A program made the position numbers and the translations under genes. Shown here in pieces: positions 26,439 to 32,000 of a stretch of 32,000 nt of DNA; position 1 is the first letter of the stretch; each line of letters starts with the position of its first letter. The stretch comes from Formosa sp. Hel1_33_131 (GTDB lineage Bacteria > Bacteroidota > Bacteroidia > Flavobacteriales > Flavobacteriaceae), in contig NZ_CP017260.1 in assembly GCF_001735745.1 (NCBI RefSeq), positions 1,770,001 to 1,802,000 on the forward strand, written 5' to 3'. Below the pieces are notes generated by a model. The model was not told where the DNA came from, made no database searches, and saw only the letters and a program-made list of their open reading frames with translations.

Positions 26439-26654
26439 CTATTTATCGTCAGATTCGATAAGACCTTCAGCAATATCAATTATGTTTTCTAGCTCATCTT
26501 CTTTTGCTTTGAGCTCAACATATTGTTGCTTTTGGTTAGGAGAAGCTGCACTTTTGTTTACCAGGATTTCTATATCCTTGCGCTTTTCCTTATGACGGGA
26601 CAATCTACTTTTCAGTACTTCTAACAAAGCCATGATTTTATTTTTGTATTTCAT
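26439..26654 (-). CDS. hypothetical coiled-coil protein
   Basis: 71-aa charged helical ORF between the modification operon and terS. Confidence 0.4.
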   Translation of the reverse strand: MKYKNKIMALLEVLKSRLSRHKEKRKDIEILVNKSAASPNQKQQYVELKAKEDELENIIDIAEGLIESDDK

Positions 26655-26695
26655 CCCTATATTTGTAGATATGCCACGAATATAGGAATTTGTTG

Positions 26696-27499
26696 TTAAT
26701 TCAATCTTTTAAACTCTCGTTCCTTTTTCTTCTTTCTAATACGATCTGTTTCTTCATTTAAGGAATCGCACTTCCACATCTGTTCCATGGAATAATAGAC
26801 AACTGTATATCTATATCCTTTGGGATGTGTTTTCTTTATAGGTGTTACACCATGTAATATTTCTTGACCATTGAATATTACAAGTGTATCATCTGCTATT
26901 TCTAATTTGATATCATATTCTGGAATGGATAGACGACCACCTTTTATGCCTTTCTTAAAGCAAACCATATTTGATAACACGCCTTTAAAGTTTCCTCTAT
27001 CGTGATGGTATTTTAGTGGATTGTCTTTATTTACGATTCCAGAGGTAAATACGCTGTTTTCGATTTTCCATTCTTCTTTGATACGCTCTTTGATAATCGC
27101 CTTATGCTTTTCGTAAGTTTCTGGAAAGTAATCGATGTAGATTTGCTCTAGGTCCTTTACAAAATTGGTAATGATGTAATGCTGTTTAGGAAATTCAGTT
27201 GCCATAAGTGCTGCATGACAGAAGTCTGCTAGAAGTACTCTACGAGGCATATATCCAAATACAGTTGAATGACTTACTAATCCTGCTGTTCTTTCATCCT
27301 TATTATATTTTACAGTATTTACAGCCCAACGTAGGGCAGATGTATCTACTTTGGTTTTACTATAATAAATTATTGGTTCGCCATTGTCTGTTATGATACA
27401 ATCTTCGTCTATAAGCATTGTACAGTCTTCTTCTAAAGCTGACCTACGCTTGTAGTCTTTTAAGTTGATTTCTCTTTTATGTGCCTCTATTGTTTTCAT
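26696..27499 (-). CDS. 2-oxoglutarate/Fe(II)-dependent dioxygenase, TET/JBP-like candidate
   Basis: The HxD...H triad and a distal Arg are present: FTSGIVNKDNPLKYHHDRGNF, LVIFNGQEILHGVTPI, GYRYTVVYYS. The gene overlaps the glycosyltransferase gene by 4 nt. Confidence 0.6.
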   Translation of the reverse strand: MKTIEAHKREINLKDYKRRSALEEDCTMLIDEDCIITDNGEPIIYYSKTKVDTSALRWAVNTVKYNKDERTAGLVSHSTVFGYMPRRVLLADFCHAALMATEFPKQHYIITNFVKDLEQIYIDYFPETYEKHKAIIKERIKEEWKIENSVFTSGIVNKDNPLKYHHDRGNFKGVLSNMVCFKKGIKGGRLSIPEYDIKLEIADDTLVIFNGQEILHGVTPIKKTHPKGYRYTVVYYSMEQMWKCDSLNEETDRIRKKKKEREFKRLN

Positions 27500-28191
27500 A
27501 GGAACTTATACCAATCTCTTTTTAGTAAAATTTCATTCTCTCGTTTAGGGTTTAAGGCTAAAGCGCCATTCCATTTTTTTAGTAAGTAGTTAACTGTTTC
27601 CTTTTCCAACTCATCATTTCTATAGGCTACTGCACCACCTTTATTTGAATAATGTTTAAAATCACAAATGATGTAATTATGCTTTGCTGTTCTACCATAC
27701 TTTTTTAAATACTGCAGAGTGAAATCGTAATCTTCCTTTAGTCTTAAATTATTATCATATCGAATTCCAGTGTTAGGCTTTGTCATTGTAAAATCGCCAA
27801 TAATAAACCCTGATGTGATTGTGTTTTTTTGATAGAACTTATTGAATACTGGACCTATTCCTGTGAGCTCCAATTCTGATGTAGAAAACCATTTGTAGAT
27901 GTAATCAATAACATCATGTATGTTGCCTTCTTGGCTTTTTATAAAACACTTTCCGCAGTCATCTGACAGCTGTAGTGTTATCTTGTTTTGCTCATCACCT
28001 AGTTGTAATGCTTTATTTCGAGAATCAATTAGACTACCACCTTCAATAACATTGATAAAACCTTGTTTTTTATAAGCTTCTTTTTCTCCTGTACCTACAA
28101 TGAAAGTCCAATCTTTGTTATAAGAATTTGGTATTTTATTAGCCCTACCAGAACTAATTACAGTTATCAGTATGTTATTTTCCTGCTTCAT
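27496..28191 (-). CDS. GT-A fold glycosyltransferase candidate
   Basis: N-terminal beta-strand ILITVISSGRANK, then GGSLIDSRNKALQLGDEQNKITLQLSDDC. This follows the family-2 pattern (G..ARN.g...a.....f.DDD) and includes a DxD-like SDD. Confidence 0.55.
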   Translation of the reverse strand: MKQENNILITVISSGRANKIPNSYNKDWTFIVGTGEKEAYKKQGFINVIEGGSLIDSRNKALQLGDEQNKITLQLSDDCGKCFIKSQEGNIHDVIDYIYKWFSTSELELTGIGPVFNKFYQKNTITSGFIIGDFTMTKPNTGIRYDNNLRLKEDYDFTLQYLKKYGRTAKHNYIICDFKHYSNKGGAVAYRNDELEKETVNYLLKKWNGALALNPKRENEILLKRDWYKFL

Positions 28192-28783
28192 ACTTCTCTA
28201 ACAGTTTTATAACTACTGAACTATTATCTTCTAGTCCTTCTTTTTCAGCTACTTTATGAAGTCTTTCTAAAATATCAGCATAAATATTTTGCTCATAGTA
28301 AAGTACTATTTGCTTGATGTTGTTGTTTTGATATCTTTCGAACTTTTCCTTTACAATGTTAGGATCTATTTCAGGTTCATGACCTATATCAAGACCTATC
28401 TCGAAATCTTCAAAACCAAAACTTTCTAATTCCGTTAATTCAAAATCGAGTTCTAATAGCTTATCAAAATCCCATTCGCCACGATGTAGGTTATCTTTAA
28501 CCATACGCTCATCTTGAACTTTGCTTGATACGTTTTCTTCAATGAAACATTTGACAGATGTTTTGCCTAGTTTTCTACAGGCTTTTATACGTTGTGTTCC
28601 CGCATAGCAATAATATTTACCATCCACTTTATTGATTAAAGGCGGTCTTTGAAGTAGAAATGCAGGATCCTTCTCTATATCATCGCAAAGCTTCTGTAGC
28701 TCATCTTCAGTTACAGTTCTTGGATTCTTATCTAAAAGAATTATTTCATCAATAGGAATTTCTATGTGATCTACTTTACTCAT
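28175..28783 (-). CDS. ParB N-terminal domain (ParB/sulfiredoxin-like) protein
   Basis: IPIDEIILLDKNPRTVTEDELQKLCDDIEKDP...YYCYAGTQRIKACRKLG matches the ParB-box layout. A DNLHRGEWD...ESFGF linker follows, of the kind seen in ParB-methyltransferase fusions. Confidence 0.7.
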   Translation of the reverse strand: MSKVDHIEIPIDEIILLDKNPRTVTEDELQKLCDDIEKDPAFLLQRPPLINKVDGKYYCYAGTQRIKACRKLGKTSVKCFIEENVSSKVQDERMVKDNLHRGEWDFDKLLELDFELTELESFGFEDFEIGLDIGHEPEIDPNIVKEKFERYQNNNIKQIVLYYEQNIYADILERLHKVAEKEGLEDNSSVVIKLLEKYEAGK

Positions 28784-29217
28784 GCTACAGCTTTAAATTT
28801 TTCTTTATAGGTTTCGATAATTTCTATTAAGGAGAATCTATCCCATTTAAATGAACTGCGTTTACTTATGTCTGCGAGCATATCAAGTTCTTCAACTCTT
28901 TTAAGTCCTATTTTCTTAATAAGGTTTTTTCGATATTGAAGTTGGTTACCGCCATTGAAGTAATTGTCTGATTTGCCTTGAAGATGTACATTATCTTCAT
29001 TGAATTTTAGTTGTGGAAATTTACCACCACTATAGAAGTGTCCTGCATGCGCATTGCTAGATGGCACTTGTAGAGGTTGACCACTAGAAATACATCTACC
29101 AAACCCATTAGCATCAGTATCACGATACCTAATGTATTTGTTGAAATGTGTGGTTGCTATTTTTAAAAGCTGAGATACAGATTTATCTCTATACTTCTGT
29201 ATAGTTTTAGAATCCAA
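28780..29217 (-). CDS. ninG: NinG/Rap-like structure-specific nuclease
   Basis: FNKYIRYRDTDANGFGRCISSG...AHAGHFYSGG...LKFNEDNVHLQGKSDNYFNGGN...YRKNLIKKIG matches the lambda NinG pattern. The start is TTG (29217..29215). There is no in-frame ATG between it and the upstream TAG at 29265..29263. Confidence 0.7.
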   Translation of the reverse strand: MDSKTIQKYRDKSVSQLLKIATTHFNKYIRYRDTDANGFGRCISSGQPLQVPSSNAHAGHFYSGGKFPQLKFNEDNVHLQGKSDNYFNGGNQLQYRKNLIKKIGLKRVEELDMLADISKRSSFKWDRFSLIEIIETYKEKFKAVA

Positions 29218-29317
29218 AGGAAAATCTAAATTAGGAATCTGTAATAGCTTGTTAGCTATGCCCTAAAAGGGACTTGAATCTATTGTACCTATGAGTATAG
29301 GGCTTTGAATCGATAAG

Positions 29318-29325
29318 CAAATATA
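29318..29325 (-). promoter_or_regulatory. Bacteroidota-type -7 box (TATATTTG) upstream of the ninG operon
   Basis: Exact TAnnTTTG on the minus strand, about 100 nt upstream of the ninG TTG start. No clear -33 TTG element. Confidence 0.3.
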
Positions 29326-29326
29326 G

Positions 29327-29539
29327 CTAAAATTCCTTGAAAAAAGAATAGATTATTGCTGAAATGAATGCAATTGCAATGACAGCAGTTGCTATGGCTA
29401 GTATCAATCGAGAATTATCAATAATACTTTCTAAAGGAGATATGGTAAAAGTCTTTCCGCAACCTTCACATAATGTTGGCTTTTCATAGCTAGGTTTCAT
29501 ACCTAGATTGATTTCGCATTTAGTACAGAACTCTGCCAT
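29327..29539 (-). CDS. zinc-ribbon protein with C-terminal TM anchor
   Basis: CTKC...CEGC (two CxxC pairs), followed by LILAIATAVIAIAFISAIIYSFF. Confidence 0.55.
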   Translation of the reverse strand: MAEFCTKCEINLGMKPSYEKPTLCEGCGKTFTISPLESIIDNSRLILAIATAVIAIAFISAIIYSFFKEF

Positions 29540-29595
29540 ATAAATATTTGAAAACTTAATATAGGTAATTTTAGATATTCACACATTTATTTGTG

Positions 29596-29603
29596 TAGAT
29601 TTG
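29596..29603 (+). promoter_or_regulatory. Bacteroidota-type -7 box (TAGATTTG) upstream of the PIN gene
   Basis: Exact TAnnTTTG 21 nt upstream of ATG 29624. It overlaps the right arm of the palindrome ACACA-TTTATT-TGTGT (29581..29596). Confidence 0.3.
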
Positions 29604-29623
29604 TTTTAATTTAATTATCCTAT

Positions 29624-30487
29624 ATGACATTCATAGATAAGCTAATAGCTCAAATTGATTTAGTTCAACCCATTGTAAATTTAATGCTTGATAATTCATC
29701 TATATTTTTTGATGAGTATAAGCAAAGGATTAATCCAAGATTAATAGTTGTTGGATTTAGCAAACATCGTTATAGCAGAAAAGATGAAAAGAATCAAATA
29801 AAAGCTAGACAGGAATTTGATAAGTTTTATAATAACTTTGAGTTGCTCTTGGATAAGGCTACTCCTAATAATTTGAAAAAAATTGATAAAGCCAAAACCA
29901 ATATTATAAATCTAATTGAGCAAACTAAAGTTCCTGTAAATATAGAATCAGGGAAAAATAATTTTTTAAAATACACTAAGGTTTTTAAAGAGTTTCTAGA
30001 ACTTTTACAAGATGAAGAAACTGCAACAATGATTATCCCTGACACTAATTCTATAATACAATACCCTGATCCAATTAGTTATAAAAATATTGCTAATTCA
30101 AGTGAGTTTGATTTTGTAATTCTACCAACTGTATTATCTGAATTAGATAAGCTTAAAATTTCTCACAGAAATGAAGATTTTCGTAAAAAGGTAAAGTCAG
30201 TTATAAAGAGGCTTAAAGGTTATAGAAAACAAGGAGATGTCCTAAAGGGCGTGACTGTAAATAAAACAGTCACTTTAAAAATGATAGCTACAGAACCTAA
30301 TTTTGAAAAAACATTGAATTGGCTAGATCCAAATAATAATGATGATAGAATAATTGCTAATGCTCTTGAATTGCAGATTAATAAACCATCAAACAATTTA
30401 ATATTTGTCTCTTCTGATATGAATTTTCAAAATAAAGCTCAACTAGCCAACTTGACGATATTTGACACCGATGATTTAAATAGTTAG
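29624..30487 (+). CDS. PIN-domain nuclease with an uncharacterised ~140-aa N-terminal domain
   Basis: Four acidic PIN positions in the right order: MIIPDTNSII, ILPTVLSELDKLK, NNNDDRIIANALEL, IFVSSDMNFQNKA. The pattern resembles the PhoH2/YlaK-type PIN. Confidence 0.65.
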   Translation: MTFIDKLIAQIDLVQPIVNLMLDNSSIFFDEYKQRINPRLIVVGFSKHRYSRKDEKNQIKARQEFDKFYNNFELLLDKATPNNLKKIDKAKTNIINLIEQTKVPVNIESGKNNFLKYTKVFKEFLELLQDEETATMIIPDTNSIIQYPDPISYKNIANSSEFDFVILPTVLSELDKLKISHRNEDFRKKVKSVIKRLKGYRKQGDVLKGVTVNKTVTLKMIATEPNFEKTLNWLDPNNNDDRIIANALELQINKPSNNLIFVSSDMNFQNKAQLANLTIFDTDDLNS

Positions 30488-31255
30488 GCATTCTATTTCA
30501 TTAAAGAATTCATTTATATCAGTAATGTGTGACAAATCAATTTCGTTTTTATAATGATTATCCTCTGTCAATTTCTCTATTACTATTATTTTAGTGTAAA
30601 TTTTCGTTCCTGCTCTTTCAAAAACTACTGATGGCAATGATATTTCAGTTGATAAATAGAACTCTCTATTCTTTTTATCTTCAAAGAAAGCATCTAACCT
30701 TTTCTGCATTGCAGTACCATTAGGAATGATAGCTATTAATTTTGAATTTTGATGATAAGATAAATGCTTTGTAGCTTTTTCAATGTGCTGCATAGCTGTT
30801 TTTCCGCTTTTACCAAAAGGAGGATTCATTGCAATTCCTTCATACTTATTCCAAATAGTATGATTTTCAAACTGTTCAATTTTCACTTCACCATTTGCAT
30901 TGATAGATAGTTTAGATGATAACTCGTAGCTTGGTTCAATAAATGTGTTATTTGTGTTTTCAGGAAAAAACCTACCTATGGCACCATGCCCTGCACTTGG
31001 TTCTAATGCTCTTTCTCCTGGTTGAAGATTTAACCATTCAACCATTTTAAGTCCTAATGGTTCAGGAGTAGCATAATAATCAAAGCCTTCTCTTGATTTG
31101 TTTTTTGATGTTTTCTTACCTGTGCCGAAATAGTATGTTTTTGCTTTTTCAAACTCTGTAATAACTTCTGCATTAGCTTCTGCTAAATGTATTCCTGTTG
31201 TGGTACCACCTGCACCGCAAAATAAATCTATCCAGTATATTGTTGGTTCGTTCAT
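30476..31255 (-). CDS. N6-adenine DNA methyltransferase (gamma-type motif order) carrying a C5-cytosine-methyltransferase motif I at its N-terminus
   Basis: Residues 1-32 (IYWIDLFCGAGGTTTGIHLAEANAEVI) give the Dcm-type FxGxGG motif I. The remainder has DYYATPEPL, ALEPSAGHGAIG (its own motif I) and AMNPPFGKSG (motif IV, NPPF). Confidence 0.7.
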   Translation of the reverse strand: MNEPTIYWIDLFCGAGGTTTGIHLAEANAEVITEFEKAKTYYFGTGKKTSKNKSREGFDYYATPEPLGLKMVEWLNLQPGERALEPSAGHGAIGRFFPENTNNTFIEPSYELSSKLSINANGEVKIEQFENHTIWNKYEGIAMNPPFGKSGKTAMQHIEKATKHLSYHQNSKLIAIIPNGTAMQKRLDAFFEDKKNREFYLSTEISLPSVVFERAGTKIYTKIIVIEKLTEDNHYKNEIDLSHITDINEFFNEIECLTI

Positions 31256-31257
31256 AA

Positions 31258-32000
31258 TTAAACTGCTGTTTTTTCCAATACGTCAAATAATGTCGGCATT
31301 GTCATTTCGTTATTAATTGCCTTCACATAGAAAAGCCCGTCTTTGTAGTATTCTGTTTTTAATTCGCAAACAATAGCCTTGCGTTTCATTTTTAGAGATT
31401 GATAAGCTGTTGAGAATAAACCACCGAAAGGATCTGCTACTATATCTCCTTCATTTGAAAAGCGATTGATTATTCTTTCCAAAATATCTAACTGCAGAGG
31501 GCAAATGTGTTTCTCTTTTTTACTAGATACTTGCTTTGCATTTAGTGTTTTTGTTCTTGAGATATCATCCCAAACAAATTCGCTATTAGATACAGGCGGA
31601 ACGGTCATATATTTTCGACTTAATTTTCCATTTTCATCTAATGCCTTTGACAAATCTTTATGCAACTGAAAATCGTATAAGCCTTCTTTTTGGTATTGTT
31701 TCCAAACTTTATGAACTTGCTTCATGTTATGTTTTAGAAGTTCTGAAATTGACATCAATTTATTACCTGATGATTTCCAATAAGCATGCGCATCTAGTTG
31801 CCATAAATCAACTGAATAACCTTCTTTTGTTTTGGTTACAGGCTCATCAGCATAAGCATTATTCATATGCGTTGGTGGTTTTCTAAATAGCAAAACATAT
31901 TCAGGTAAACCAACTCCCATTTTTGTAGCATCCTTGCATTGTTCGCTCCAACCTAATCTGTATGTTTGATTATTTTCTGCAACAACATCGGTAGTAACTG
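31258..32000 (-). CDS. beta-class N4/N6 DNA methyltransferase, C-terminal part (5' end outside the window)
   Basis: KHICPLQLDILERIINRFSNEGDIVADPFGGLFSTAYQS is the C-terminal SAM-binding motif I region of N6_N4-type enzymes. The frame stays open from the track's ATG (31920) to the window edge (…VTTDVVAENNQTYRLGWSEQCKDATK-MGVGLPEYVLLFRKPP). Confidence 0.7.
   Translation of the reverse strand, partial: VTTDVVAENNQTYRLGWSEQCKDATKMGVGLPEYVLLFRKPPTHMNNAYADEPVTKTKEGYSVDLWQLDAHAYWKSSGNKLMSISELLKHNMKQVHKVWKQYQKEGLYDFQLHKDLSKALDENGKLSRKYMTVPPVSNSEFVWDDISRTKTLNAKQVSSKKEKHICPLQLDILERIINRFSNEGDIVADPFGGLFSTAYQSLKMKRKAIVCELKTEYYKDGLFYVKAINNEMTMPTLFDVLEKTAV

Noticed and set aside
26658-26665. Exact TATATTTG -7 box on the + strand.
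   Set aside because: There is no + strand ORF downstream, only antisense of the dioxygenase gene. The sequence is better explained as one arm of the 8-bp inverted repeat.
29218-29326. Possible tRNA or tRNA-like element, suggested by GATTCAAGTCCC / GATTCAAAGCCC strings that resemble a T-arm.
   Set aside because: I could not build flanking 5-bp T-stems, an acceptor stem or a D-arm on either strand. I treat the strings as a direct repeat instead.
2456-31886. Many 60-100-aa ORFs in the track that lie antisense to, or out of frame within, long genes: 2456..2644, 3653..3883, 4967..5197, 6269..6457, 10218..10406, 12084..12380, 12858..13148, 14253..14447, 15174..15437, 17241..17510, 18800..19006, 21497..21706, 21986..22171, 22507..22695, 23557..23760, 24443..24682, 25646..25846, 26082..26321, 26341..26595, 27208..27396, 29827..30045, 31466..31669 and 31641..31886.
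   Set aside because: Each is fully embedded in a much longer ORF that has recognisable motifs or synteny. Their translations are low-complexity, Leu/Ser/Phe/Ile-rich shadows of K/E/N-rich genes. None has its own intergenic space.
1-32000. Signs of CRISPR arrays, integrase, att sites, transposases or rRNA/tRNA genes that would mark a prophage boundary or mobile island.
   Set aside because: I saw no repeat-spacer periodicity, no tyrosine or serine recombinase motifs in any ORF, and no long terminal or flanking repeats. I cannot tell from this window whether this is a free phage or a prophage.

Overview
AT-rich, almost gap-free window that reads as the late/structural half of a siphovirus-type tailed phage or prophage. 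Only three genes are on the + strand. No Shine-Dalgarno sequences are visible, and two intergenic regions carry TAnnTTTG boxes, so a Bacteroidota (Flavobacteriia-like) host is likely; this is inference. Gene order in the direction of transcription (right to left, minus strand): (1) two tandem DNA methyltransferases, 31258..>32000 (truncated by the window edge) and 30476..31255; (2) a + strand PIN-domain gene; (3) a zinc-ribbon membrane peptide; (4) a translationally coupled four-gene operon of NinG-like nuclease, ParB-like protein, GT-A glycosyltransferase and 2OG/Fe(II) dioxygenase; (5) small and large terminase, the large subunit split in its P-loop by a LAGLIDADG intein; (6) portal; (7) five small ORFs; (8) MuF/SPP1-gp7-like head protein; (9) scaffold, decoration-like protein and major capsid; (10) four head-tail joining proteins; (11) major tail protein followed by an intrinsic terminator; (12) tail chaperone with a -1 frameshift site; (13) a two-gene insertion; (14) tape measure; (15) distal tail/baseplate proteins; (16) a 1215-aa fibre/Tal-like protein with collagen-like runs; (17) a lysis-type cluster of membrane proteins, an endolysin candidate and a thioredoxin. 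I recognised no rRNA, tRNA, CRISPR array, integrase or transposase. The best candidates for something new are: the dioxygenase + glycosyltransferase + methyltransferase island (putative DNA base hypermodification); the chimeric methyltransferase; the class-3-type intein; the insertion between tail chaperone and tape measure; and the atypical lysis cassette. All functional calls rest on motifs read by eye and on gene order. No database search was run.
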